From: Halomicronema sp.
Lineage (GTDB): Bacteria; Cyanobacteriota; Cyanobacteriia; Cyanobacteriales; Oscillatoriaceae
Assembly (NCBI GenBank): GCA_036704045.1
Contig: DATNQM010000011.1
Coordinates: forward strand, 1-56,835
Reading direction: 5' to 3'
Length of the DNA stretch: 56,835 nucleotides
Shown here: in pieces, positions 1 through 11,046 of the stretch
Numbering within the stretch: position 1 is the first letter of the stretch
Layout: each line of letters opens with the position of its first letter
The notes under the pieces: model-generated
Databases searched by the model: none
What the model saw: the letters and a program-made list of their open reading frames with translations, nothing else
Told to the model about the DNA's origin: nothing
Position numbers and translations under genes: made by a program

Positions 1-1
1 A

Positions 2-163
2 CTTGATGCACGAGGTGTTATTGCTGTTACGGAGCGTACTCGTTTTATTTCCCGTATTCGCAATCTCGCTCGTGGTGTTGCTCATCTTTATCTTCACCAA
101 CGTGAACAGTTAGAGTTTCCTCTTTTAGGCCACAATAATACATCCCACCCGGCCTCTCTCTAA
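2..163 (+). CDS. 3' end of an unidentified CDS running in from upstream of the window (…[31 protein letters not shown]…HPASL*)
   Basis: Open frame from window position 2 to TAA at 161-163, not in the ORF track because the start lies outside the window. I do not recognise the family. Confidence 0.3.
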   Translation, partial: LDARGVIAVTERTRFISRIRNLARGVAHLYLHQREQLEFPLLGHNNTSHPASL

Positions 164-555
164 CCAATGCCTTTATTTCTAGTCAATTCTACTAGGTAAT
201 ATAATTACTTACACTCTTAAGTTAAACTGTCTTAGCCTGATTAGTAACACTCGTATTAATAAACACTCCTCACCGCATGGATCTTAACCAACTTCTTGAA
301 GATTTGTTGAGTTAAAATCTGAGAAATGCCTAATTTTTGATTACCTATATATAGGATCATTGCGTAAGCCTTGCCAAATTTTGATTTCCCTAGTTTGCCA
401 ACGAAATTTTACTTGCAACTGATACCGCCATAAATCAGCTAAAAAGCTTTGTCTCAAAACATTCTGCCAGAATTAATATTATTAATTATGGCAACTGAAC
501 TCTGGGTTGCCAATGACCGCATAATATAAAAAGTTATTTAACAATTCTTCAAACT

Positions 556-2064
556 ATGGCCAGAGATTTGCGAGGCTTCTTAAAACTACTAGAAGAACGA
601 GGACAACTACGCCGCATCCAGGCGTTGGTAGATTCTAATTTAGAAATTGCTGAAATTTCTAATCGAATGTTACAAGCTGGGGGGCCGGCGCTGCTTTTTG
701 AAAATGTAAAAGGTGCTGAATTTCCAGTAGCCGTGAATTTGTTAGGAACAGAGGAACGAGTATGCTGGGCAATGAATATGTCAAAACCCCAAGAATTAGA
801 AGAATTGGGTAAAAAATTAGGGATGTTACAACAACCTAAACCACCTAAAAAAATCGCCCAAGCAGTAGAATTTGGCAAAGTTTTATTTGATGTTCTCAAA
901 GCAAAACCAGGCCGTGATTTTTTCCCTGCTTGTCAGCAAATTGTTTTGGAAGGCGAGAATTTGGATTTAAATAAAATCCCCATGATTCGGCCTTATTCAG
1001 GAGATGCTGGCAAGATTATTACTTTGGGCTTAGTAATTACTAAAGATTGTGAAACCGGCACCCCAAATGTTGGCGTTTATCGTTTACAATTGCAGTCAAA
1101 AAATACGATGACTGTGCATTGGTTATCAGTGCGTGGAGGTGCCCGTCATTTACGCAAGGCAGCCGAACGAGGTAAAAATTTAGAAATTGCCATAGCTTTA
1201 GGAGTTGACCCCTTAATAATTATGGCCGCAGCCACTCCAATTCCTGTAGATTTATCCGAATGGTTATTTGCTGGTTTGTATGGCGGTTCGGGTGTAAATT
1301 TAGCCAAATGTAAGACGGTTGATTTAGAGGTACCGGCAGATTCTGAAATTGTTTTAGAAGGCACAATTACCCCTGGGGAAATGTTACCAGATGGGCCCTT
1401 TGGTGACCACATGGGATATTACGGAGGCGTAGAAGATTCGCCTTTAGTTCGGTTCCATTGTATGACGCATCGAAAAGATCCCATTTACTTAACAACTTTT
1501 AGCGGTCGTCCGCCGAAGGAAGAGGCGATGATGGCAATTGCTTTAAATCGCATTTATACGCCGATTTTGAGACAACAAGTTTCGGAAATTGTAGACTTTT
1601 TCTTACCAATGGAGGCGTTAAGTTACAAGGCGGCAATTATTTCGATAGATAAGGCGTATCCAGGTCAGGCGCGGCGTGCTGCTTTAGCATTTTGGAGTGC
1701 TTTGCCACAGTTTACTTACACTAAGTTTGTGATTGTGGTGGATAAGAGTATTAATATTCGAGATCCGCGTCAAGTTGTGTGGGCAATTAGTTCTAAGGTT
1801 GACCCGTCGCGGGATGTTTTTATTCTGCCGAATACGCCTTTTGATACGTTAGATTTTGCCAGCGAAAAGATTGGTTTGGGGGGTCGGATGGGGATTGATG
1901 CGACGACGAAAATTCCGCCGGAAACTGAGCATGAGTGGGGCGAACCTTTAGAGTCTGATCCTGATGTGGCGGCGATGGTTGAGCGCCGGTGGGTGGAGTA
2001 TGGTTTGGGGGATTTAAAGTTAACGGAGGTGGATCCTAATTTGTTTGGATATGATATGAGGTAA
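556..2064 (+). CDS. ubiD: UbiD-family (4-hydroxybenzoate/prenyl-hydroxybenzoate) decarboxylase, probably plastoquinone biosynthesis
   Basis: 502-aa protein with the UbiD N-terminal signature MARDLRGFLKLLEERGQLRRI and typical UbiD length. The family is recognised from the sequence by eye. Confidence 0.85.
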   Translation: MARDLRGFLKLLEERGQLRRIQALVDSNLEIAEISNRMLQAGGPALLFENVKGAEFPVAVNLLGTEERVCWAMNMSKPQELEELGKKLGMLQQPKPPKKIAQAVEFGKVLFDVLKAKPGRDFFPACQQIVLEGENLDLNKIPMIRPYSGDAGKIITLGLVITKDCETGTPNVGVYRLQLQSKNTMTVHWLSVRGGARHLRKAAERGKNLEIAIALGVDPLIIMAAATPIPVDLSEWLFAGLYGGSGVNLAKCKTVDLEVPADSEIVLEGTITPGEMLPDGPFGDHMGYYGGVEDSPLVRFHCMTHRKDPIYLTTFSGRPPKEEAMMAIALNRIYTPILRQQVSEIVDFFLPMEALSYKAAIISIDKAYPGQARRAALAFWSALPQFTYTKFVIVVDKSINIRDPRQVVWAISSKVDPSRDVFILPNTPFDTLDFASEKIGLGGRMGIDATTKIPPETEHEWGEPLESDPDVAAMVERRWVEYGLGDLKLTEVDPNLFGYDMR

Positions 2065-2144
2065 GTGTGTAGAAATTGGCTTTTTAAATCTTCTGTAGGT
2101 TGGGTTTACCCTGTTGGAAACCCAATAGCATTTTAGCAATACTC

Positions 2145-2180
2145 AAAAAAAAAGCTGGGCTATGCCCAGCTTACAAAAAA
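2145..2180. terminator. Hairpin AGCTGGGC-TAT-GCCCAGCT flanked by an A9 run and T-rich DNA, a probable intrinsic terminator for tkt on the minus strand and possibly bidirectional
   Basis: Perfect 8-bp inverted repeat between convergent ubiD (+) and tkt (-). Read on the minus strand the hairpin is followed by T9. Confidence 0.5.
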
Positions 2181-2190
2181 CAAAAAGAAA

Positions 2191-4197
2191 TTAGCCTAAC
2201 AAAGCTTTTGCTTTTGCCACAACATTCTCAACAGTGAAGCCAAATTTCTCCAACAGTACCTCACCAGGAGCCGAAGCACCAAAAGTATCAATACTTACGG
2301 TATCACCTTCACTGCCAACATACCGGCACCAGCCAAAGCTAACAGCAGCTTCCACCGCTAAACGCTTCTTAACAGCCTTCGGCAAAACTGACTCTTTATA
2401 AGCTTCGTCTTGCTCATCAAACAACTCTGAACAAGGCATAGAAACAACGCGAACTTTCTTACCTTCGCTGCGTAATTGTTCAGCTGCTTTGACACAAAGT
2501 TGAACTTCAGAACCGGTTCCAATCAAAATAATATCAGGAGTTTCTTCACCACCAGAAAGAACATAAGCACCCTTGCTTACGATATCAATAGAAGAACCAT
2601 CCAAATTAGGTAAATTTTGACGAGACATCGCCATCAAAGATGGACGTTTACGGTTTTGAATTGCTACCTTATAAGCACCAGAAGACTCATTACCATCGGC
2701 AGGACGGAAAACCAACAAATTAGGAATTACACGCAGAGAAGCCAAGGTTTCAACCGGCTGGTGAGTGGGGCCATCTTCACCTAAACCAATGGAGTCATGG
2801 GTCATTACGTAAATAACGCCAACTTCTGCCAATGCAGACAAGCGAATGGCAGCCCGCATATAGTCAGCAAACACCAAAAACGTAGCGCAATAAGGAATCA
2901 AACCAGAGTTGTGCAAAGCAATACCATTGCAAATTGCACCCATCCCATGTTCCCGTACACCAAAGCGCAAGTTACGGTTTTGGTATTGACCTTTTTGGAA
3001 GCTACCCTCACCCTTAATTTCTGTCAGGTTAGAGTGGGTTAAGTCAGCAGAACCGCCCAATAATTCCGGCATATTTTTTGCCAGAGCATTCAAGCAATTT
3101 TCTGAATGTTTGCGAGTTGCAACGGCCTTATCTGCGGGGGTGTAGCTAGGCAAACCACTATCCCAACCGTCAGGTAGTTTACCGCTCAACATCCGCTCAA
3201 ACAATGCGGCTTCTTCAGCGTACTTGGTGCGATAGGTAGCATAGGTTTCTTCCCACTCAGCTTGATAGCTTGCACCGCGCTCAACGGCTTTACGGAAGTG
3301 AGCCAGCACATCATCGGGAATCACAAATGGCTCATAGTTCCAGCCAAGGTTTTCACGGGTTGCTTTTACTTCATCGCCACCTAAAGCAGCACCGTGAACA
3401 CCGGCAGTATTTTGCTTATTGGGAGAACCATAACCGATTGTGGTTGTCACCTTAATCATGGAAGGCTTATCGGTTACAGATTTAGCTTCGGCAATGGCGG
3501 CTGCAATCGCATCTAAATCAGTGTTACCATTTTCGACGTGCAGAACGTGCCAGCCGTAAGCTTCAAAGCGTTTGCTTACATCTTCGGTGAAAGAAATATC
3601 AGTACAACCATCAATAGAGATGTGGTTGTCATCGTAGAGGGCGATCAGTTTACCAAGTCCAAGGTGACCTGCCAAAGAACAAGCTTCACCAGAAACGCCT
3701 TCCATATTGCAACCATCACCCAAAATCACATAGGTGTAATGGTCAACAATTTTGCAATCGGGTTTGTTGAATTTGGCAGCCAGGTGAGCTTCTGCCATTG
3801 CTAAACCAACGGCGTTAGCAATACCTTGACCAAGGGGGCCGGTGGTAACTTCCACGCCTTCAGTTTCAAAGTTTTCGGGGTGTCCAGGTGTTTTTGAACC
3901 CCACTGACGGAAGTTTTTAATTTCTTCTAGGGGAACGCTGTCATAGCCGGTGAGGTGCAGCAAAGCGTACTGCAACATACAACCATGACCGGCAGACAAA
4001 ACAAAACGGTCGCGGTTAAACCACTGAGGATTTTTTGGGTTAAACCGCATGAACTGATCCCACAGCACAAACGCCATTGGCGCGGCACCCATCGGTAGAC
4101 CGGGGTGGCCAGATTTCGCTTTTTCTACGGCATCAATAGCCAGAAAGCGGATTGAATTTATACAAAGTTCTTGTAGAGTTTGGGTTGCGACTGCCAT
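2191..4197 (-). CDS. tktA: transketolase
   Basis: 668 aa with the SGHPG…[12 protein letters not shown] ThDP motif, GDGCNMEG, and a C-terminal transketolase domain. It lies downstream of acpP-fabF as in other cyanobacteria. Confidence 0.95.
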   Translation of the reverse strand: MAVATQTLQELCINSIRFLAIDAVEKAKSGHPGLPMGAAPMAFVLWDQFMRFNPKNPQWFNRDRFVLSAGHGCMLQYALLHLTGYDSVPLEEIKNFRQWGSKTPGHPENFETEGVEVTTGPLGQGIANAVGLAMAEAHLAAKFNKPDCKIVDHYTYVILGDGCNMEGVSGEACSLAGHLGLGKLIALYDDNHISIDGCTDISFTEDVSKRFEAYGWHVLHVENGNTDLDAIAAAIAEAKSVTDKPSMIKVTTTIGYGSPNKQNTAGVHGAALGGDEVKATRENLGWNYEPFVIPDDVLAHFRKAVERGASYQAEWEETYATYRTKYAEEAALFERMLSGKLPDGWDSGLPSYTPADKAVATRKHSENCLNALAKNMPELLGGSADLTHSNLTEIKGEGSFQKGQYQNRNLRFGVREHGMGAICNGIALHNSGLIPYCATFLVFADYMRAAIRLSALAEVGVIYVMTHDSIGLGEDGPTHQPVETLASLRVIPNLLVFRPADGNESSGAYKVAIQNRKRPSLMAMSRQNLPNLDGSSIDIVSKGAYVLSGGEETPDIILIGTGSEVQLCVKAAEQLRSEGKKVRVVSMPCSELFDEQDEAYKESVLPKAVKKRLAVEAAVSFGWCRYVGSEGDTVSIDTFGASAPGEVLLEKFGFTVENVVAKAKALLG

Positions 4198-4391
4198 GTT
4201 CGTTATTTTGTGTGAGAACGGTGCGGGTTTGAAGGTTGAGACTTGCTACAGACACGACATCTCGCGTCTTTAAAAATTCGTCCCAAAATTTTTATACCCA
4301 TCATCCCATTAGGGGGATTGATGGACAAGAGGGAATCGGGTATTTGTCCTTTGTCCTTTGTCAAGGCTAAGTAGTAACGACAAATAACCTA

Positions 4392-5645
4392 TTACCCAAC
4401 ATACTTTTTAAAGGCCAAGGTAACGTTATGACCGCCAAAGCCAAAGGAGTTGGATAAGGCGACATTCACGATTTGGCTACGGCTCGTATGGGGCACATAG
4501 TCCAAATCACAGCCCTCATCTGGATTTTCTAAATTAATAGTCGGTGGGATGCGGTCATTAGCAATGGCCATAGCCGTTGCCACCGCTTCGATGCCGCCCG
4601 AACCTCCTAAGAGGTGGCCAGTCATCGATTTGGTAGAACTCACAGCTACTTTATAAGCTGCTTCTCCCAAGGCTTTTTTAATGGCGGCAGTTTCTGTGGG
4701 GTCGTTGGCTCCGGTGCTAGTACCGTGAGCGTTAATGTAGCTGACTTGATCAGGAGTAATTCCGCCATCTTTCATAGCGAGTTGAATTGCTCTGGCTGCA
4801 CCTTCACCTCCCGGCACCGGCGAGGTCATGTGATAGGCATCGCAGGTCATGCCATAGCCAACAATTTCTGCATAGATTTTTGCGCCGCGAGCTTTGGCGT
4901 GTTCGAGTTCTTCGAGCAGCAAAATACCTGCCCCTTCTCCCATCACAAACCCATCGCGGTCTTTATCAAAAGGCCGGCAGGCTTTGGTGGGTTCATCGTT
5001 ACGGGTTGAAAGTGCTCTGGCTGCTGCAAACCCTGCTACCGATAAAGGTGTAACTGCTGCTTCACATCCCCCGCAAATCATTGCTTGCGCTAAACCTTGC
5101 TGGATAATGCGAAATGCTTCACCTACTGCATTTGACCCTGCTGCACAGGCAGTTACGGTGCAGTTATTTGGCCCTTTTGCACCGGTCTGGATTGCCGTTA
5201 AACCGGCAGCCATGTTAGCAATCATCATCGGAATCATAAAAGGGCTGCATTTATTTGGCCCTTTTGTCAGGTAGATTTCTTGTTGGTCTTCCAACACTTT
5301 TAGACCGCCGATGCCGGTGCCGATGATCACGCCTACCTGTTCTGCGTTTAGCTCGTTGATTTCAAAGCCGGCATCTGCAATAGCCTGCTTACTGGCTGCT
5401 ACCCCAAACTGAGCAAAACGATCCATCCGTTTCGCTTCTTTGCGTTCTAGGTACTCATGGGGGTCAAATCCCTTTACTTCACCGGCAATGCGACAATCAT
5501 GCCGCGATGGATCAAATAAGGTAATCGGCCCTATTCCATTTTTGCCTGCCATCAACCCTTCCCAATATTCGGTTAGGGTATTTCCTATCGGTGTAATTGC
5601 ACCGAGTCCTGTTACAACAACTCGTTTTTTTTCAAAGTTCGACAT
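4392..5645 (-). CDS. fabF: 3-oxoacyl-ACP synthase II
   Basis: 417 aa with the KAS-II motifs (active-site Cys in [25 protein letters not shown]) and the C-terminal NSFGFGGHN. Confidence 0.95.
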   Translation of the reverse strand: MSNFEKKRVVVTGLGAITPIGNTLTEYWEGLMAGKNGIGPITLFDPSRHDCRIAGEVKGFDPHEYLERKEAKRMDRFAQFGVAASKQAIADAGFEINELNAEQVGVIIGTGIGGLKVLEDQQEIYLTKGPNKCSPFMIPMMIANMAAGLTAIQTGAKGPNNCTVTACAAGSNAVGEAFRIIQQGLAQAMICGGCEAAVTPLSVAGFAAARALSTRNDEPTKACRPFDKDRDGFVMGEGAGILLLEELEHAKARGAKIYAEIVGYGMTCDAYHMTSPVPGGEGAARAIQLAMKDGGITPDQVSYINAHGTSTGANDPTETAAIKKALGEAAYKVAVSSTKSMTGHLLGGSGGIEAVATAMAIANDRIPPTINLENPDEGCDLDYVPHTSRSQIVNVALSNSFGFGGHNVTLAFKKYVG

Positions 5646-5786
5646 AATTCAGTTTCGAGGAATTCAACGCCCAAAACGCAGAACAGATTGGTCAATAGTC
5701 TTTATGTCAATAGTCTTTTGTCATCTGCTCTTAAAAATCACTAATGACTAATGACCATTGACTTTTGATGATTGACTAATGAATTT

Positions 5787-6038
5787 TTAGGCTGCGGTTG
5801 CTGCTTTACTTTTGATATATTCGACCGCAGATCCCACTGTCGATAGTTGTTCGGCAGCTTCGTCTGGAATTTCAATGTCAAATTCTTCTTCTAAAGCCAT
5901 CACCAATTCAACCTGATCTAAAGAATCTGCTTCTAGATCGTTTTGAAAGCTTGCTTCTGGGGTGATTTTACTTTCGTCTACTTCTAGTTGCTCGGCAACA
6001 ATTTTTTTGACTTTGGCAAAAATGTCTTCTTGACTCAT
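5787..6038 (-). CDS. acpP: acyl carrier protein
   Basis: MSQEDIF…[19 protein letters not shown] contains the DSLD phosphopantetheine attachment motif. The ORF-track entry 5787..6188 begins at a TTG and adds about 50 aa I judge non-native; ATG at 6036-6038 gives a canonical ~83-aa ACP. Confidence 0.9.
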   Translation of the reverse strand: MSQEDIFAKVKKIVAEQLEVDESKITPEASFQNDLEADSLDQVELVMALEEEFDIEIPDEAAEQLSTVGSAVEYIKSKAATAA

Positions 6039-6401
6039 ATATATTTCCTCGTAGGCCGCAGCTATTCGATGAATTGGTGTTTTTTTGTTGGGTTTGTCAA
6101 AACCTGACCATCCCGTTTGCCTGCGATTGGGTTGTCTATCCTCGGTAGCCGATCTTGGTATTAAGTGGGCCGGTTGGGATGACTCCAATGCTGGTCATTT
6201 GTCCATCTTATCGGAAAGGGGGTCAACCCGATTATTTTCACTAAGGGTTTTAGTATTGGCTGCGCTTTTGTTTATAGGAGGTTGTCTTAAGGGATTGTAA
6301 TAAATTTCCTAATTTTCTCACAAAAAAGCGATGATAATACAACATCGTTCAAATTTTTGTATTAAGTATTCTCTTAACTAAGCGGCTTAAAAGGAACTAC
6401 T

Positions 6402-7307
6402 ATGTCATTTTCAAGGCTTCGATATGCTTATTTTCCGGGTTGTGTGGCTCAGAGTGCCTGCCGGGAGTTAGACCAGTCTACAAAAGTCCTCTCTAAATCT
6501 TTGGGTATTGAGTTAATTGAGCTAAAAAAGGCTTCTTGTTGTGGTTCTGGGACTTTTAAGGAAGATTCCCAGCTTTTGGAAGATACGGTGAATGCTCGTA
6601 ATATTTCTCTGGCTGAGGAATTAAATTTGCCTCTGCTGACTCATTGCAGCACTTGTCAAGGGGTTATTGGTCATGTGGATGAACGTCTTAAGGCTTCTCG
6701 GTCAGACAATCCGGCTTATCTGGAAAAGGTGAATAATTTACTTAAAGAACAAAGCTGTTCTCCGTATCAGGGGACGACGGAGGTTAAACATTTACTTTGG
6801 GCGCTTGTTAGTGATTATGGTTTGGAGGAAGTTAAACGCCGGGTAACTCGTAATCTGGCCGGTCTCAAGTGTGCTGCGTTTTATGGTTGTTATCTTTTGC
6901 GTGCTCAAAATCATTTAATTTATGATGACCCGTTTCAACCGGAATCGATGGAAAATGTTTTCCGGGCTATTGGTGCTGAACCTATTTATTATCGGGGTCG
7001 TACTCAGTGTTGTGGTTGGCCGCTTTCTAGTTATGCTACAACTGAATCTTTTAAAATGGCCGGTGCTCATCTTCAAGAGGCTCTTGACAAAGGGGCTGAC
7101 TGTATGGTAACACCTTGTCCGTTATGTCATTTGAATTTGGATTCGCGTCAGCCAGATGTTGAAAAGGCTCTGGGTAAGAAGTTGGGGTTGCCCGTTTTAC
7201 ATTTATCGCAGTTAATAGCTTTGGCTTTGGGGGCTGATCCAAAGTCTTTGGGTGTTGACCGGCACATGATTTCGACTAAGCCGATTTTGCAAAAATTAGG
7301 TTTGTAA
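6402..7307 (+). CDS. HdrB/GlpC-like cysteine-rich (CCG-domain) iron-sulfur protein, of the kind proposed as a cyanobacterial succinate dehydrogenase third subunit
   Basis: Two CCG-type cysteine clusters (CCGSG…CSTCQG and CAAFYGC…CCGWP…CPLCH) in a ~300-aa heterodisulfide-reductase-B-like protein. Confidence 0.6.
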   Translation: MSFSRLRYAYFPGCVAQSACRELDQSTKVLSKSLGIELIELKKASCCGSGTFKEDSQLLEDTVNARNISLAEELNLPLLTHCSTCQGVIGHVDERLKASRSDNPAYLEKVNNLLKEQSCSPYQGTTEVKHLLWALVSDYGLEEVKRRVTRNLAGLKCAAFYGCYLLRAQNHLIYDDPFQPESMENVFRAIGAEPIYYRGRTQCCGWPLSSYATTESFKMAGAHLQEALDKGADCMVTPCPLCHLNLDSRQPDVEKALGKKLGLPVLHLSQLIALALGADPKSLGVDRHMISTKPILQKLGL

Positions 7308-7323
7308 TTGTGGGTTAGGAGTC

Positions 7324-7358
7324 GGTTGGGTTAACACAAAAACCCAACCGCCTATTTT
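7324..7358 (+). terminator. Intrinsic terminator after the HdrB-like gene (GGTTGGGTT-loop-AACCCAACC then TTTT)
   Basis: 9-bp perfect stem starting 17 nt after the stop codon, followed by a T run. Confidence 0.5.
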
Positions 7359-7826
7359 CGACTTTGTGCTAGAATTTAATGCTTTTGTATTTAGGGAAAT
7401 CTTAGAAACTAGGCCGATTTAAAAACGAAAAAAATAATAAATTTCTAGGTAAACCATTGGTTTTGTCCAAACCCTAAAAATTATTCGTTGGCCCTTAATC
7501 AATTGAAATAAATGCGGATTCCGCTAAACAAAGTTACTTAATACTAAGTAACAATAACAAAAAATTATGGAATATCAAGGGTTTGAGTAGATGAGATGGG
7601 GCGAAAATCTTGAAATTTCAAAGGAAAAGTAGAGAAAATAAGCCCGGTAATTATTAAGCTATTTAAACTTTTGCTGCCTTTTGTGGGATGAGGGATCGAG
7701 GCTAGGATAAACTAAGCCTTGATCTAAAGCCAGCCGTCAATACCTCAGCGTGGCCCAGGGCCATTGCTAATTGCGGCAAATTATAGACTACCAAAGCGTT
7801 TAATACTCATTTGGAGCCTTAATTAA

Positions 7827-8072
<246 letters not shown>

Positions 8073-8197
8073 GTTTCAGAAGCCCGGTTTCTTTAAAGTT
8101 ACCGGGTTTCTCTGCAAATTGACGTTTTCCTGATCCACAATTAGTTTTTAACAAGTATTTGTGCAGGATCGTTACAAGAGCAGGAGCAGTATCCTAG

Positions 8198-10069
8198 ATG
8201 TGTGGAATTGTTGGTTATATTGGCCCTCGCGCTGCCAGTGAGATTTTATTGGCGGGTTTGGAGAAGTTAGAATACCGGGGTTATGATTCTGCCGGTCTTG
8301 CGACGGTGTGGGAAGGAGAGATTCACTGTGTGCGGGCTAAGGGCAAGTTACATAATTTGCGAGAAAAGCTTTCTGGGATAGAAACACCGGCCCAAATTGG
8401 TATCGGTCATACGCGGTGGGCTACTCATGGAAAGCCAGAGGAGTATAATGCTCACCCCCATATGGATACTCACAAGCGGGTGGCTGTTGTACAAAATGGA
8501 ATTATTGAAAATTATCGTGAGTTGCGGGAACAGTTGAAGGCGAAGGGGCATATTTTTCGCTCGGATACGGATACTGAGGTTATCCCGAATTTGATTGCTG
8601 AGTTTATGGCAAGCGAGGTTTGTTCTTTGGTTGAGGCAGTTCGCTTGGCTGTGAATGAATTGGAAGGTGGTTTTGCAATTGCGGTTTTGTCTGCTGATTA
8701 TCCTGATGAGTTAATTGTGGCAAAACAGCAGGCTCCGATTGTGTTGGGTTTTGGGGAAGGGGAGTTTTTCTGTGCTTCGGATACTCCGGCTTTGGTGCCT
8801 CATACTCGTGCGGTTTTGCCTTTGGAAAATGGCGAGTTGGCGCGGTTAACGCCTTTGGGGATTGAGGTTTATAGTTTTGCTGGGGAACGGTTGAAGAAGT
8901 TTCCTCGGACTTTGAATTGGAATCCGGTTTTGGTAGAGAAGCAGGGCTTTAAGCATTTTATGCTTAAGGAGATTTACGAGCAGCCTGGCGTGGTGCGGGC
9001 TAATTTGGAGGCTTATTTTAATGATGGTTGGCATCCTGGGGGTGAGGGGTTGCCGGTTAAGTTGGGTTTGCCGGATCATTTGTTGGAGGGTTTGGAACAC
9101 GTCCAGGTTTTGGCTTGTGGCACTTCTTGGCACGCTGGTTTGGTTGGTAAGTATTTGATTGAGCAGTTGGCGGGTATTCCGACGATGGTTCAGTATGCGT
9201 CGGAGTTTCGTTATGCACCGTCACCTCTGACTCCTAATACTCTCACAATTGGTATTAGTCAGTCTGGAGAAACGGCGGATACTTTGGCGGCGTTGTCGAT
9301 GGAACAGCAGCGCCGGTTGGGTCAGGATGAGCGGTTTTTGCCTCGTTTACTTGGTATAACAAATCGCACTGAGTCTTCGATGGGTCACTTAGTATCAAAT
9401 ATTATTGATACTTGTGCGGGGATTGAGATCGGGGTGGCGGCGACGAAGACTTTTGTGGCGCAGTTGATGGCATTTTATTGTTTGGCGTTGGATTTGGCGG
9501 CGCGGCGTGGCAGTTTGACGGAAGATAAGATTGCGGAGGTTGTGGAGGGTTTACGGCAGTTGCCGGCTTTGATGGAGCAGGTTTTGGAGAGTCAGGAGCG
9601 CTATATTGAGGAGTTGGCGCATGAGTTTGCGGAGACGAAGGATTTTATTTTTGTGGGGAGGGGGATTAATTTTCCGATTGCTTTGGAGGGTGCTCTGAAG
9701 TTGAAGGAGATTAGTTATATTCATGCGGAGGGGTATCCAGCGGGCGAGATGAAGCATGGGCCGATTGCTTTGTTGGATGCGAAGGTGCCGGTGGTGGCGA
9801 TTGCGATGCCGGGCTGTGTTTATGAGAAGGTGATATCAAATGCTCAGGAGGCTAAGGCGCGGGATTCGATTTTGATTGGGGTGACGCCGGTGGGTGATCA
9901 TGCGGCGGAGATTTTTGATAAGTTGTTGCCGGTGCCGGTGGTGGATGAGGTTTTGTCGCCGGTGTTATCGGTGATTCCGTTACAGTTGTTGGCGTATCAT
10001 ATTGCGGCGCGGCGTGGTTTGGATGTGGATCAGCCGCGTAATTTGGCGAAGTCTGTAACGGTTGAGTAA
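8198..10069 (+). CDS. glmS: glutamine--fructose-6-phosphate aminotransferase (isomerising)
   Basis: MCGIVGY N-terminal amidotransferase nucleophile and two SIS domains, ending …KSVTVE. Confidence 0.95.
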   Translation: MCGIVGYIGPRAASEILLAGLEKLEYRGYDSAGLATVWEGEIHCVRAKGKLHNLREKLSGIETPAQIGIGHTRWATHGKPEEYNAHPHMDTHKRVAVVQNGIIENYRELREQLKAKGHIFRSDTDTEVIPNLIAEFMASEVCSLVEAVRLAVNELEGGFAIAVLSADYPDELIVAKQQAPIVLGFGEGEFFCASDTPALVPHTRAVLPLENGELARLTPLGIEVYSFAGERLKKFPRTLNWNPVLVEKQGFKHFMLKEIYEQPGVVRANLEAYFNDGWHPGGEGLPVKLGLPDHLLEGLEHVQVLACGTSWHAGLVGKYLIEQLAGIPTMVQYASEFRYAPSPLTPNTLTIGISQSGETADTLAALSMEQQRRLGQDERFLPRLLGITNRTESSMGHLVSNIIDTCAGIEIGVAATKTFVAQLMAFYCLALDLAARRGSLTEDKIAEVVEGLRQLPALMEQVLESQERYIEELAHEFAETKDFIFVGRGINFPIALEGALKLKEISYIHAEGYPAGEMKHGPIALLDAKVPVVAIAMPGCVYEKVISNAQEAKARDSILIGVTPVGDHAAEIFDKLLPVPVVDEVLSPVLSVIPLQLLAYHIAARRGLDVDQPRNLAKSVTVE

Positions 10070-10207
10070 GGTGGGGTGGGATGCAGCCCACTTTTAATTA
10101 TGGGCGAGAAGCCGGCTTTTTGAGTAGATATCTCGTTAAGAAACCAGAGATTTCTATCAAAGTCGGTTTCTTTTCCTCTGTCTTGTTATAAGGGCAAATA
10201 GTAATAT

Positions 10208-10918
10208 TTAACGATTTCGCTGCAAGGCAAGCTGCTTTTCTGCTTCTTTGAGGTTATTTTGAGCTTCTACAAAGTTGGGTTCAATTTTAAGGGCTTGTTG
10301 GAATTCTGCAATAGCTTCCTCAAATTTTTCTTGTTTAACAAGCACCATTCCGAGATTGTTGTAAGCGAAGGCATTTTGAGGATCAAGAGAAATAGCTTGC
10401 CGTAAGCTACTGATAGCTTCATCGAGTTTTTCTTGAGCACGCAATGCCATTCCTAGATCGATATAAGCACGGACATTTTCAGGCTCAAGGGAAATAGCTT
10501 GCCGATGGTTGCTAATCGCTTCATCAAGTTTTCCTTGCTGATATAGCGCCACTCCCAAATAGTTGTAAGTTGGAGAATATTTAGGATCGAGTAAAATAGC
10601 TTGCTGGTAGTTGCTAATAGCTTCATCGAGTTTTCCTTGCTGTGATAACACAATTCCCAGATTACTGTAAGCTACCGAATTTTTAGGATATAGTTTAATA
10701 GCCTCTCTCAAAATTTGTTCAGCTTGAGAAACGTTACCGAGATTGTAGGCATCATAGGCTTGATTTATTAGTTCCTCAATAGTTTGAGATACTGCTACTC
10801 CTGATGTAGCGATAACTGACAGACTTAACACTAAAGCAAATAATTGGCTATAACTTTTTGTTTTGCTAGATTTTTGTTTAGAAGGATAGAATAGTTTTTT
10901 CATGGAAACGCCTACCAT
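10208..10918 (-). CDS. secreted tetratricopeptide-repeat protein
   Basis: Signal-peptide-like N-terminus followed by roughly five 34-aa TPR units (AYxNLGxxLxxQGKLDEAIxxYxQAIxLDP repeated). Confidence 0.8.
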   Translation of the reverse strand: MVGVSMKKLFYPSKQKSSKTKSYSQLFALVLSLSVIATSGVAVSQTIEELINQAYDAYNLGNVSQAEQILREAIKLYPKNSVAYSNLGIVLSQQGKLDEAISNYQQAILLDPKYSPTYNYLGVALYQQGKLDEAISNHRQAISLEPENVRAYIDLGMALRAQEKLDEAISSLRQAISLDPQNAFAYNNLGMVLVKQEKFEEAIAEFQQALKIEPNFVEAQNNLKEAEKQLALQRNR

Positions 10919-11046
10919 AGTTTAAATGATTATGCCGGCCTAAAATCTAATTTTAATTATTTTAAATTGAGTTAAGTGCGATTATAAAAGCTGGTAATAT
11001 CGGCCTAAGAAAAAGGCCGATTTTAAAAAACCCAGCCTCAAAAACC

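Noticed and set aside
549-899. Antisense or out-of-frame ORFs of 60-130 aa inside ubiD, tkt, fabF, glmS, PAD, gatA, dnaE, the kinase, flotillin, cobN, crtH and others (for example 549..899, 1146..1412, 2797..3042, 4614..5274, 8348..10091, 12474..12937, 18574..19784, 22388..22791, 44826..45788)
   Set aside because: They are fully embedded in well-supported genes on the other strand or frame, have low-complexity composition and no recognisable motifs. These are typical shadow ORFs.
6039-6188. 50-aa N-terminal extension of acpP in the ORF track (TTG start at 6188)
   Set aside because: ACPs are ~80 aa and the conserved protein begins at MSQEDIF (ATG 6036-6038). The extension is an artefact of upstream stop-free DNA.
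8073-8197. glmS ribozyme upstream of glmS and a cobalamin riboswitch upstream of cobN (43490-43635)
   Set aside because: I could see neither the conserved pseudoknot or core of the glmS ribozyme nor a B12-box-like element. The spacers are short and AT-rich.
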